A stretch of DNA of 64,000 bases, from positions 248,001-312,000 of the forward strand of contig OZ251227.1 of the NCBI GenBank assembly GCA_965240325.2. Direction: 5' to 3'. Positions within the stretch are counted from its first letter, which is position 1, and the number at the start of each line of letters is the position of its first letter. The notes beneath the pieces were generated by a model. It was not told the origin of the DNA. It did no database searches and worked only from the letters and a program-made list of their open reading frames with translations. The stretch is from Rebecca billardiae RCC1528 (Eukaryota > Protista > Haptophyta). Both the position numbers and the translations under genes were made by a program. Of the stretch, positions 20,379 through 37,643 are shown one piece after another.

Positions 20379-21109
20379 CGGCGGCGACTCGGACCGGCGG
20401 CGCAGATCGAGTCGCAGCATTGCCAGTCTGATCTCTGGCTTGTTACGACTATTGCCCGTGCGATTGCGTGCCTATGATCATCGACCGAGTCGGACTACCT
20501 TATTGCTGCGCTGAAAACTTAAGTCACGACGACCGTGATCACTGGCCGTCAGACGACGACCGGATAGTATTATATAATAGTACAATCAGACGGTAGTCGT
20601 CAATAATAAGTGTCGTGTCCGGGGCAGCTTTCGTCAAGCCGCCCTTGAATGCCCATTGACGTATCATATAGTCCCTCACAAGTTTAAGCCTCCCGACATT
20701 GTTCGCCATATCAGCGCAGCAAAGCAGCGGCGCGCCACCATACCAGGGGCGTACTTGGCCCACTCCACTGCCGTGCACATGAGGTGCGCCCGGACCCGAT
20801 TGCTCGAGTCCTCGCAAATAGGCGTGGCTGTGCATCCTGGGTTGACGTTTGGTACCCGGCGGCCGGCGAGCTCGACTGGCGGCGAGCAGACCTGCCTGCG
20901 ACTGCGTGCCGCCGGCTGTCGGCAGCCTCCGTGCGCTGAGCCGCGCGCCGCGCGGTGCGTGTGCGACGTAGCTCCGCCCACGCCACGCATGCACCCTCGC
21001 GCCGCGCCGCCAGCTTGGCGCTGCCGTCAGCCAGAGCCGATCGAGTGCATGCCCGAGCCTGCTCCGAGAGCATCAATATGGGCTGCGTGTGGCTGCGCGT
21101 GCACTTTCG

Positions 21110-23155
21110 TCGCCTAATTTTGCCAGCGTCGAGTTGGCGCGTGGCACGCCCACCGTAGCAGCACGACTCCCGAATGCACAAAAGCCGGGGGTCAGCTGAA
21201 TTAATGCAGCTCACACGACCGCGCTCCACGCCGAAAACCAGCCCGTAGCTGCCCGCCGGCTGGCTCGTGCATGCGCACCGACTGCCGGGCGCATCGACAC
21301 CGTGGCGCACACGGAGCGCGGGTGCCGACAGGTTGCACAGGAAACTGTCCTTGGTGTTACATTTCTGAGAGACGGCGCCTCTGAAGGATGGCGCCCGCCC
21401 ACTCGCCGCTCGTGGGTGGCGCGCGCCTCGCGTGTCGATGCAGCCCCGCATCATGACTAGCTGAATGCGCGTGTCGGCAGGACTTGTCCGCGTGCGCTAC
21501 ATCCCTTGAGCTAGCACAGCCGGGACCCCCTCGCCGTCGGCAGTGACTGTCATCATCCCATCACACGTCGCGTGAGACGGCAAACAGCCACAGCAGCATC
21601 ACCCTCTCGTCCAGGATCATCAGGCAGCTGGAGACAGTCCTCCCTTCGACGCGTCTCGGAGCGAGCGCACACGCCCAGCTCTATCTGCGTCACACCGCCC
21701 GCGCCATCCGTCTCGAGCCCAACGCCCGTCACCACGCGCAGTATGGCAAACCGTCATGATCGGACCGAGCTCGTCGCCCGAGTGCAGCCTTCGCCCGCAA
21801 TGCCGCGCGCGAGCATTCGAGTTCGACAATAAGTCGTCAGCGACTTGTGGGCCGGCGGGGAGATCCACGCGTGGCATAGATACCATGTAGGTCGTCAGCT
21901 CCTGCTCGGTGTACGCACGCGCTCTGCATCTGAACACTTGATAGAAGCTCTCGATCATCACCATCGAGCTGTCTACGTGAGCCTGTACGACCGTCTGCGC
22001 AACACCTCGCGCCTCACCCTTGATGCTGAGCTCACGCGAGACAAAGAAGGCTATGTAGGGCTCAATGACATTCATACAGTGAGAGCGCCCTTGCCGCAGC
22101 GAGCGACAGCTTCCTTCGCCCGCTTCTTAGCACTCGCCCTGCTGTTCTTGGGCGTGAGTGAGGCGTGGTGCCTCGTCAGCCTGCTGAGCGGTTCTTGTCG
22201 ATGCGTGTCACAGCGCGGAAGCAGGTGTGCGTTCGCGAGGCGTCGTGCGTGGATGCCGTTCTTCATGCTGACGACATAGATAGACTACGTAGCGGCCGTC
22301 TCCTCATCCAAGAGCCTCGAGCATGCCACGACTCTGACACTTCAGCGCTCCGGCCGGCGCGCATGCACCATCAAGTGCAACCGAGCGGTTGAGAGGTAGC
22401 CGCCGCCAGCTTTTCGACCCTCACCAACACGCGCTGGATGAACATTGCAAGGTTGTCGCATACTATGAGTGTCGCGTGTCTCTTCCCGCGACTGTTGCTG
22501 CGCAACGTGATGTGCAAGACCAGTCGCGCGCGCGCTCCATCCAATACAAGCACGGCTGATGAATGGACGTGGCCGAGCGCAAGCACGCACGCGCGAGTCG
22601 TAGGCTGCGAACGTCGTGTGCGGCCAGACTGCGACGTGCACGGCACGTATCCACCTTGCATTGCTACGTCTCTTCACACCGGGCCTGGGACTCTTCCAGG
22701 CTGAGACGGCCTGCTCTGCTGCCCTCTGTGACTCAAGATGCCGCGCGAACGTGCCGCGCGGCTGCGCGATGTCGCGATTGGAGCTCAAGGGTGGTTGACT
22801 TTCGGTACATGCTACTCAAGCAGGAAGAGGCCGATCGAGGCGCGGAGTGGCGCGCTGCACCCGCAACAGCGGGCATCGTGCAGCGCGCGAGAGCGCGCGC
22901 CGCTTCCGGGCGCACGGCGACGGCGCCATGTACCGAAAGACGGGTGGACAGGTCGCGTCCACTGGGAATGTAACATCTGTCAGTCGCGGGCGGTCATTTT
23001 TCCGTGCAACCTGTCTGCCGCGGCCGGGTGGGTATGTACTGACGCGGCTGGGCCTGGTGCATGCGCGGGCGGATGGGCTCTGCCCGGGTCGGCGCGTAGC
23101 GGGCGTGCGGGCTGAGACAAAGTCGTGCCTGCTGCAGCCGGCAACTAAATTTGTG
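21110..23155 (-). mobile_element. Decayed DNA transposon, possibly pogo/DDE_1-like
   Basis: Degenerate inverted blocks (GACAGGTTGCAC ~21327 vs GTGCAACCTGTC ~23004; TGTTACATT vs AATGTAACA). Broken - strand peptide VLVLDGARAR...LAAATSQPLG resembles LLxLDGHxSH...LPPxxTxxLQPLD. Confidence 0.35.
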
Positions 23156-23412
23156 GGTCCCTATACTAGTGGCACCGGTCAATAACAGTGTAGTCGGACT
23201 CAAAATAAGTATAAATGCCACCGCCACGAGCGGCGGAGTACTCAGCTCGGCACGGGCGCGGACCGCGGTGGAGGCCGTGGTAGTTGCAGCATGTGCCACC
23301 GTCCGCCGCCAGGCCATTTGAAGCTGGCTTTCTGTGAGCCGCAAGCGCGAGCGTGTCCAAAACCAACGGAGACTGCTCCACCCGATGTCGATGACGATGC
23401 GGGTGATAGTGC

Positions 23413-23943
23413 TCATGACATGTGCTCGGGAGGTCCTGTCGGAGTGGAGTATACCACCATCTGATCCGCGATCGGGTTTGCGTGTATGGTGACGCGTTCC
23501 AGGGTGATCGACGTACTAGGTCGGTGCTTCGCGTCGACAGGTACACGCTCCATCGCATCGATGGTGTCCATGCCATCGATCACTCGGCCAAACACGGTGT
23601 ACGCGCCGTCGAGGTGTGCATGCTTGGCGTACGTGATGAAGAACTGCGACCCATTCGTATTTGGGCCACTGTTCGCCATTGAGACGATGCCTCGCTTCGT
23701 GTGCTTGTTGTCGGGGTGGATTTCGTCAGGGAACTTCCCTCCCCAGATACTCTCGCCGCCCTTGCCAGTTCCGGTCGGGTCGCCCCCTTGCACCATGAAC
23801 CCCTTGATGTTGCGGTGGAAGAGAGTGTTGTCATAGTAGTTCGATGCTGCGAGCGCAAGAAAATTGTACGACGTGCGCGGCGCCGTGTCACAAAACAACT
23901 CAAGCTTCAAGTCGCCGAGTGACGTGTGTAGCGTGACCGCCAT
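23413..23943 (-). CDS. PPIL3: Cyclophilin-type peptidyl-prolyl isomerase, PPIL3-like
   Basis: MAVTLHTSLGDLKLELFC, FHRNIKGFMVQGGDPTGTGKGG, NGSQFFITY, VTIHANPIA. Confidence 0.93.
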   Translation of the reverse strand: MAVTLHTSLGDLKLELFCDTAPRTSYNFLALAASNYYDNTLFHRNIKGFMVQGGDPTGTGKGGESIWGGKFPDEIHPDNKHTKRGIVSMANSGPNTNGSQFFITYAKHAHLDGAYTVFGRVIDGMDTIDAMERVPVDAKHRPSTSITLERVTIHANPIADQMVVYSTPTGPPEHMS

Positions 23944-24162
23944 GCTGGAAGGCGTCTCGACTCCAGCTCGGCGCGCCCCGGTGTCGTGGGTGATGGGGCG
24001 GGTAGCTCTTCAGCAGATATCATATACGGTATACCGTATGTACTACTAATTTATAAAGTTTAGGTAGACACACACAAGCCGCGCGGGCGCGCGCCAAGGA
24101 GGTGGTGGTCACCAACGGGACGCGTCAAAGGTGGTCGCCAACGGGACCGCCTCGGGCGCCGT

Positions 24163-26039
24163 ATGTCGCTGGCTATCGACGATGATATTGGCACGCGACT
24201 CAGCATGGCCTACAGGGTCGGGCTTGCGCGCCGGCGCAGCATCCAGATCCCGTGCGCGAGCACCGGGCTGATCGCCTCGATCGTTGGCATCTACATCTGG
24301 CGCCGCATCTTCCCCTTCCAGCACGCGGGGGTTGCGATGGTCTACCTGGGCAACTTTGTGCTCACGCTTGCCATCCTCCCGACGGACGCGCTGAGCATCC
24401 GCGTGGGCCTGGCGTGGAGCATCTGCATCACGCTGATCGTGGGCGCCTTCCACATCCTGGACGTGATCGCGGCGAATGAGGCGCTGGCCACGGCGACGCA
24501 GGGCCGGCATGACGAGGAGCCATTCGCGCACTGGGAGTCGGTGAGCCTGTTCTACCTGCGTTTCCACCTGGTGCGAGACTGTCTGTACGTGCTCGCGTGG
24601 CTGCACGCCGCGCCGCGCGGCCTGCTGCTCGGCTGCGCCGCCGACCTCACGCCTCGGCAGCGGCTCGACGGGATCTGGCGCATCAACGGGCACGTGATGC
24701 TGCTGGTCGCCGTGATCGCGGCCATGTTCTTCCCCATCGCTCTGCTCGACGGCTCCGTCGCCGAGAGGGGCACCGTGTACTACTGCTTCTACGCCATCGC
24801 GCTGGCGGTGACGAGCCTCGTGTCGGGCTTCAGCCTGCAGCCGGGCATGCGCGCGCGCATCCACAGCCACCTCTCGCTGCACTCGGCGGAGATGCAGACG
24901 GCCGCGGGCATCGCGAGCCTGCTCGGCCGGCACACCGCGCGCGAGATCTCGCGCGAGGCGCGCGCGCGCTTCACCTGCGTCACCCTCGACGCCGTCACGT
25001 ACGTGCACATGCTCTCCCCCAAGCCCGACCAGACGTTTGGCATCCAGCCCGTGCACGCGGCGCTCGGCGACGTCGACGTCTTCCTCTCGCACTCGTGCGC
25101 GCGGCGGCCCGCGCGCGCCTCGCCCCAGCCGCGTCTCGACACCCGTGACGCCGCGCACGTCCCCCGCGTCGCGGCGTCCCGCCGCGCGGCGGCTCCGGCC
25201 GTCGATCGCTCTCCGCGCGCGCCGCGCCGTGCGCAGCTGGCACGACGAGCCGAACCAAAAGTGGGTGCTGCTGCAGGCGTGGAGGCGCGACTTTGTGGCG
25301 CAGCACGGGCGCGAGCCGCGCGTGTGGCTGGACAAGTTCAACATCGACAGCACAGCTGTCGAGGTTGAGCTCTCCTGCCTCCCCGTCTTCATCGCCGGCT
25401 GCAACTCGCTCCTCATCCTCGCAGGGCCCACGTATCTGCAGCGGTGCGCACGCGCGCGGCCCGGCCTGCTCTCGCGTGCGCGCGCGCGCGGCGCTGAGCG
25501 CGGCGCCCCTTCCCCGCGCATCCCTCGCGCACAGCCTGTGGTGCGTCACCGAGCTCTGGGTGTACCTGCAGATGGGCGGCGACCCCTCGCGCATCGAGCT
25601 GCACGTGCCCCCCGGCTTCGAGCTGCAGGTCGACACCTTCGACGCGCGTGCGGCGTCGTGCGTGTCCACGGCGGACCGCGACTGGCTGCTGACCATGATC
25701 GAGGCCGGCTGCCGCGGGATCGACCAGTTCAACCACTCGGTCAAGGTGGCGCTGACGATGGCACTCGAAGCGAACAAGCCGTCGGGCGAGCGCAGGGCCG
25801 GGTCGATGCGGCCCGCGCGCATGTACCACCCAAGCCCAGCCGCCGTGATGCCAGGCGACACGTCCGACCCTGTCAATGTCACGACAGCGGCCGGTCTAGC
25901 CGGTGGCGCCGTCGGCCGGGATGCGCCGCGCAACGAGAACGAGGCGGACCGCCACGACGCCGGCGAGCCTCAACAGATCATGTCGGTGCAGCCTCGGCCC
26001 GCCGCCGCCGTTGTGGTCTTGCCGCCAGGCCGCGCGTAG
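24163..26039 (+). CDS. Multi-pass membrane protein with C-terminal TIR-like domain; exons 24163-25094, 25237-25443, 25535-26039
   Basis: About 6 TM segments, then spliced DVFLSHSWHD...VWLDK...LPVFIAGC..LLILAGPTYLQRLWCVTEL. Both GT-AG introns restore these motifs exactly. Confidence 0.85.
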
Positions 26040-26664
26040 CCGAGCCGCTGCGCGACGGGCGCAGGCAGGGGCCTCACCGCGTCGTGCAGTGACAATCCGA
26101 ATCAGAATCATCGGATCGTACCGATCGTACTTCGTACGGTACCTCTTGATGTTCAAATCAGACAATGTCGTCGTCGTACTTTAGTACTTTAGGCCGGGAG
26201 CATTCCGGTCTTGCCTGCTGACCAAGGGGCAAGGGCGGAGCTCCGTTCTGCCTGTTCAAGAACCTGAGTCCACCCGGCCCTTGCAAGTACCCACCCACGC
26301 TGCTTGCGGGAGAGAAACTTCGGCGCGCAAGTTCCTACCCATGCAGTTCCTTCCCCGTTGTGCTTCCCGTACGATACTTTTGAGCGTCCTAGTGGTTGTT
26401 TGAAGTACGAGTATGGACATAAACTCTGAAAACAGCAGGTGAGTACTACCCGTATTAAAGGGGGTATCACCGTGATTAGAAAACGGTCGTCATCGGTCTT
26501 CCCCTGGTCCGGACCTACCGAAATCAATGACGTCGCGACGGAGCGTGCGTCACGGCCACTCATCACGGGAGCAGTCGCCGGGTTGGATGAATCACAGCAG
26601 GCTTGCTCATCTGCCTGAAGGCAGGGGCGGAGCCCACGAAGGGCTTGTTCGTGCCCGCCGAGCG

Positions 26665-28835
<2,171 letters not shown>

Positions 28836-30036
28836 CGCCCGACGTCACGCGGTCCTCCGCCGTCGGCTGGAAGGCGCTCGTGCTCGGTGGCGGCGGCACG
28901 CCTCCGCCGCACACGAGCGCCCGGCCGACGGCGCATCTTTATTCACTCGTTGGCGCTGAAGCCCGGAGCCGCCGGGCCAAAAACGGTCGCGACGAGTGCC
29001 AACCCTTTGCCAACCAAGTCTAAGGGGCGCTGTCTGTCGTGCGACGTGGAGAGTTCGGCACAGTGGGTTGGTGTGAAGAGCGCATGCAACGAGCGCTATC
29101 TATGCTGTCACGCAGGCGTGCTGCGGCACTCACCAAAGGGCGCAGACTACTACCGGTGCAATAACGTGCATCGTCAGCATCGTGCTGATGAGACGCGGCA
29201 TGCGCATGGCCCGAGAGCCGCCAGGCGCCACTCTGAGACGGTAGCCGGTACTCCGTAGTCAGATTCCGATGAAAATTCCGATCTACGCTACGGTCTACGC
29301 GACTTCCTCAGTTCCTGCCTTCCTGGCGGTCAATCCGGATGAATAATAATATATCGCGTCTCGCCGCGATAAGTGATGATACTACAATGAAGGTCTAATA
29401 ACTCTTTGAATCATCTTTATTTTCGCTAGCCAAGTGTTAGAAATAGCATATAGAAGTGAGTATAGCATTCAGCATAATTAAACGGACGTGGACGTCGGAC
29501 GACGGTGACGGACGGCGGATGACAACAAGTAACAACAGACTAACTATTACTAGAGCAGTAGTACGTAGTGTGCCCGGTCCCGCCGGTGCGGCGGTAGCTA
29601 CTTCACTTATCACTAGCGTCATAGCTTACTAGTCCGAGTAGTCGGCAAGCCGACGTTAAACTCGCTCACTTAACCGTTAACGGCGGCGGGCGGACGACTC
29701 GCCACCGTTACTCATCGGCCTTAGTGCCTACTCCTAGTCCTACCGTTCGGGGCGGGCACGGGCTGCTCCGCTGTGACTCGGCACCGGGCTATCCGGCCTA
29801 ACCAGTAACCGCTCTGGGGCCCGGGCAGGCATCGCCATCAGTCGGCGACGCCGATCGCTCGGACTCGGAGTCATCACTGATGCCGCGGCCCGATGGCGCG
29901 ATCGTCAGGCCTGACGATCGGACTGTGCCTACGTGTCCGGTGTCTCATCAGCGTTCGATGAGCTTAATACCCTCACTGTCTTGATCACTGCCGAATTATT
30001 TCACAGCAGGCGAAAAAACCGCGCCGCCGATCCATC

Positions 30037-30945
30037 ATGGCGGCGCCGCTCGTGGGCAAGCGTGTGGTCATTGAGGGCTTGAGCTCGAAGCCCGAACTCA
30101 ATGGGTCGCGTGGCGTTGCGGTCTCGTTCGATGACCAAAAGAGTCGATACATGGTGCAGCTGGACAGCGGCGCCGTGCTCTCGCTCAAGCCAGCATGCCT
30201 GACCGCTGAGCCGGGGCAACATCAAGATGCTGGTCCTGGTGGCGGCTTTGGCCGGGGCGGCATGCCAGGCATGCCTCCTGGCATGGAGGACATCTTCCGG
30301 CGCTTCGGCGCGGGCGGCATGCCTGCACTTCCAGCCGGCCTCAAGCCCGCGCACCTCGGGCTCGCACTCATGGCCGCGTACATGTTCTTGCCTCGTGTGC
30401 TCAGCTCGCTTGGCCTGAGCGGTGGCAGGCTCGTGCTCGTCGCACTCGGTGCCGTCGTCGTCTACTTCGTGCGCGTGGATGGTGGCGTGCATCGCCTGCG
30501 TGCACGAGTGCGTTCCTCCCTCGGCACGGCCGCTGCTGCTGCCACGCGCGCGACGGGCTCCCCTGTGAGCGAGGCACAGGCCGCGTTTGCCATCGGCGCG
30601 ATCTTCCTCTTTGTGCTGTGGCGATACGGCTTCAGCTCGAGCACAGCCGCGGAAGGCAGCGGGGGCGGCGGCGCGTATGCTGCCTACACGAAGGGCTACA
30701 ATGACGGGCGCGGCGGGCTCTCTTTCGAGCCCATCGAGGACGTTGCGTCCACGGCGAGTGCAGGCGGCAGCAGCTGGGGCATCGGCTCGCTCCTCAAGCT
30801 CGCCATGGCTGGCGGCCTGATCTATCAGATGGGCGCGCCCGCGGGGCAGCCATGGTCGGTGGACAAGCTGATGGCCAACATGCGCAACATGAACCCAATG
30901 AACATGATCTTCCTTATGAACATGCTCTCAAGCTTCTTTGGCTAG
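30037..30945 (+). CDS. Membrane protein with N-terminal small beta-barrel (SH3/KOW-like) algal domain
   Basis: VGKRVVIEGLSSKPELNG...RYMVQLDSG..LSLKPACL, a GGMPGMP linker, about 3 TM segments and a Met/Asn-rich C-terminus. Confidence 0.75.
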   Translation: MAAPLVGKRVVIEGLSSKPELNGSRGVAVSFDDQKSRYMVQLDSGAVLSLKPACLTAEPGQHQDAGPGGGFGRGGMPGMPPGMEDIFRRFGAGGMPALPAGLKPAHLGLALMAAYMFLPRVLSSLGLSGGRLVLVALGAVVVYFVRVDGGVHRLRARVRSSLGTAAAAATRATGSPVSEAQAAFAIGAIFLFVLWRYGFSSSTAAEGSGGGGAYAAYTKGYNDGRGGLSFEPIEDVASTASAGGSSWGIGSLLKLAMAGGLIYQMGAPAGQPWSVDKLMANMRNMNPMNMIFLMNMLSSFFG

Positions 30946-31340
30946 ATCGGCTGCAGCGGCAGCGGCGCGGCAGTGGTCACTGTACATGCAAGTACACGAT
31001 TCGCGAATCATCATCCCGTATTCGCCGCCGCCAGATGTACACGCTGCGGCGCGCTTGCAGAGCTTGCTGCAGGCGTCCCTATCATCGCACATACATTGCT
31101 GCGCGCGCGCCGCACTACAGCTGACTCGCGGCCGCGCCCGCTGGGCCTCTGGGTCGCCCTCGCACGGTGCCGGTGGCGCAGCTCCGAGCTCGCCTCGCCG
31201 CAACTGATGAGGGGTCCCATCATATATGATCATAATCATTCATCGGCATCATCCGGGCATCATCGATTATAGTTGTAGTAGATTCTACTATAGTTATCTG
31301 AACCGGGTCAGCAGAAGACCGGATTATTTGATCAACTACG

Positions 31341-31341
<1 letters not shown>

Positions 31342-31418
<77 letters not shown>
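31342..31418. repeat. (TA)n microsatellite; further tracts at 33161-33275, 33366-33530, 36555-36572
   Basis: Directly visible; every tract abuts a mobile-element end. Confidence 0.95.
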
Positions 31419-34517
<3,099 letters not shown>

Positions 34518-36479
34518 TAAACTTTTCTGAGGATAGCGCACCAGCAATTTCCCTTGACCGCCATCCGGATTTTACGGAGGCCGCGTTTGGACGCAGAAAC
34601 GCGCGATGGAGAGGCCCGCCCTCGCACGACCGCGCTCGCGAGATCGCGAGATCGCGACCTGCGGCGCGGCGCTCGACGCGCTCTTTCTGCTCGGAGGCCG
34701 CGAGGACACCCAGGTGCGCCAGCTCGCGAGCGCGCACCTTCCTCCTCGCCGCGCTCGCCGAGCACGAGCCGATCTGCAGCACATGTGCAAAGAGCCGCAT
34801 GTGGCCGAGCTCGCGCGCGCGGCACGGCTGCACACGGAAAGGGTTAGCTGGCCCGATAGTCCGCGATGCAACGATTGCTGGGCGAATAACCGGATCATCG
34901 GATTCGGGCCAGCTAACGAAATCTCAGTGTGGCTCATGATGCACGCGCAAAGGAGCACTGCACAGGGTGCGATTGGGAGCATTCCTTCTCCCGGGCGGCC
35001 ACCACGGCCTCGGAGGTGGTGAGGAACGCGTCGGCGACCACGGCGTGGACCACCTCCGTCGCGCCGGACACTCCGGTCGCCCCTCGCCGGACTCCATCCT
35101 CGCTGCGCGCTGACCGTTTGCCGAGCAGGCGGCTCTGCCGCCTGCCCGGCGCGTGCCCGGGTGGTGCCACAAGGCGGGTGCAGACGTGGCAGCGCGGTGG
35201 TGCGTGCGATCGGGGGACCCCACCTGAGCTACGACACGGGCGCGCGCGCTCATCCGTGCTCATCACGGTGGTGGACGCGCGCGTCGCGCGCTTGTCGGCT
35301 GTCATGGGCTGACGGCTGGGCTGCTTTTCGATGTCGGCGGCGGCCACAGCTCGCTAGTACGGGCGCGATGGTGGCTGCGAGTGGTACGCTGCGTTGCACC
35401 AGATCCGTGTGCGTCACGCACGACGCTCAGCCGGCTCGCCCTCGGACCATTGGCTGAGTTCTACTCGCCGCGCGCGCCGCGCGCAGCAGCTGCCCGAGGG
35501 CTGCTCGGGGTGCGAAGCGCGCCCCGCGCGCTGAACGTGGGCGCGACGAGGTGGTGCGGCGAGCATGCGCGGGTGTGTGCGCGTGATGGGCACCCCCATT
35601 GCGCTACTTGCCATGCACATCTGCCTCTCGCCAAGCCTTCGACACGATTGCTGCAAGCGCTGCGCGGAGGCGCGCTCGCAGGCTCGCGCGCGTTTGAATC
35701 TGGGCTCGGCGGCGATCGCGTGGACGAAGGGCAGCGCGGTGCACGGTGGCGGAGCGCGTGCGGAGCGCAGCCTCCACCTCATACACGCTTCATCCAGACA
35801 CATCGCGCATGCTCGCGCGACCTCCTCGGTCCATCACGCACGCGTGCGCGCGCGAGCACGTGTGCAGCCGCCAGGCGCGCGCACGGCGCGCCGCGTTGGC
35901 GCGCGCGCACCGATGCCCATGCGCAGCTCGACGAGCGAGCGTGGTGTGTTTCGATGCGTATTGGGAGGCTCGAATTTACGCGCGCGCACGCGCCGGCCCT
36001 CGCCGCCCCTTCGCTCGCCCACGCCTCATCTGTGCGCTCGGCGTTTGCAGGCAGCTGCTCATCCTTTCCAACACGTGCACAAACGAGCAGATAGCGCTGG
36101 GCGAGGTCGATTGGTGCGTCAGATATTCGGCAACGACCAGACCCGCGCGTGTGCCGCCACTCGTGCTACTCGTGACGACCACCTCTGGCTCGGTCGCGCG
36201 CACGAGGCTGCTCGCGGCCCGAATCGTGCCGTGTACCGTCAAGCTGTACCGTGCGCAGCGAGGCGCACTCAGACGTTGGCATGGGCTCGCATGCAAGGGC
36301 CCAACAGTGCGACGCGTCGATGGAGCATGCTCCGGATACGCTTCGGCGCACTTCCCGACGCGCACGAGCCGCTCGAAGGCGCGGAAGGGCGCCCAAACGG
36401 GGCATCCGCCATTTTGCGCCACTTCGGCCCGGATGGCGGTCAAGGGAAATTGCTGGTGCGCTATCCTCAGAAAAGTTTA
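34518..36479. mobile_element. Non-autonomous TIR element with perfect 51-bp inverted ends (outer TA may be the TSD)
   Basis: TAAACTTTTCTGAGGATAGCGCACCAGCAATTTCCCTTGACCGCCATCCGG at 34518-34568 and its reverse complement at 36429-36479. No recognisable transposase inside. Confidence 0.85.
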
Positions 36480-36846
36480 CACAAGGCGCGGACGCATTCT
36501 ATGTGTCTGTTGCACTCTGAGCCTGACGCTTGTCCGATGCTGCCACGTCGTTAAATATATATATATATATATCATAATAAATATTATTAAGTCAGAATGA
36601 TATCGACGATGATATACGACATCATACGTACTCAGTAGTCGATGTAAGACGGTACCGTGACGCCACGCACTCGTTCTTACGTAATAATAGTCGTAATACC
36701 GCGCGCGGGCCGCCGGAGCCGTACAGTTTTCATGGCAGCCAGTCGTCAGACCGAACCGACACTAGTCAGGCGACACGATCTCGCCAGAGAGGAAGCCTTG
36801 AAACGCAATTATTAACCATGAACGAGCGTACCAGAACTAGGAGGCG

Positions 36847-37491
36847 CTACTTGCAGAACTTGTCCGATTTCTTCGTGCACCTGTAGTCGAGCACATCCTC
36901 GCGCGTACGGCCGGCGCCCAGCCGTTCCGTGACCTTGACGGTGGTCTTCCATGGCAGGTTGGCCTCCTTGACGACCTCGTATTCCACGGTGCCCTCGGCG
37001 GCGGCCCGCTCTTCTGCTCGCCTACGCTTGCGCTCGGCAGCCGCGGCGGCCGCGGCGGCCGCCGCATCTGGCACCGCCTTGGCGACAGCAAACGCGCTCG
37101 GCGACGTGACATCGCACGAGAACGGTGCGGCAAGGTTTGCGGAAGAGTCACCGATGACCATCGTCACTTCCCGAGCTTCATCTGCCGTCGTGTTGCGAAA
37201 GCGATCAATGATGGTGACGCAGAGTGAGTCGCCCACAGTGAGCTCGCGCGAGAAGCGCGTGTCCGCACCCATCACGATCGTGCCCGAGGTCTGGACCGTC
37301 CCCGTCCCTGGGACGGGCGTGAGCGCGCTTGCCTCTGGGCCCTCGCTGGGTGCCGGGATGGGCGCGTCGATAGGCTGGTCATCAGCATCACTTTGATGCT
37401 TCCTCTTCTTCTTCTTCTTCTTCTTGCGCTCATCATCGTCCCCTTTGAGCTTCAGGCGGCCGCCGATGGCCAGGTCGAAGCTGGAGCTCAT
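36847..37491 (-). CDS. Conserved protist protein with Lys-rich NLS (probable nuclear)
   Basis: GGRLKLKG..KKKKKKKRKH, central GTGTVQTSGT..TRF..EL.VGD beta region, C-terminal LDYRCTKKSDKFCK. Confidence 0.8.
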   Translation of the reverse strand: MSSSFDLAIGGRLKLKGDDDERKKKKKKKRKHQSDADDQPIDAPIPAPSEGPEASALTPVPGTGTVQTSGTIVMGADTRFSRELTVGDSLCVTIIDRFRNTTADEAREVTMVIGDSSANLAAPFSCDVTSPSAFAVAKAVPDAAAAAAAAAAERKRRRAEERAAAEGTVEYEVVKEANLPWKTTVKVTERLGAGRTREDVLDYRCTKKSDKFCK

Positions 37492-37643
37492 GCTGGATGG
37501 ATTGCTGGTGAGCACCCGCCACGATGGCGGCGGCGCCGGCCGGGGCATCACTGTGCATCAAGGAATCAAAGGAATCTCTTTGTCCACTGAAGCACGCCTT
37601 GGCCGCGTGCGCGGGGACGGGCGTCCGCGGTCGTTTGTCGTCC

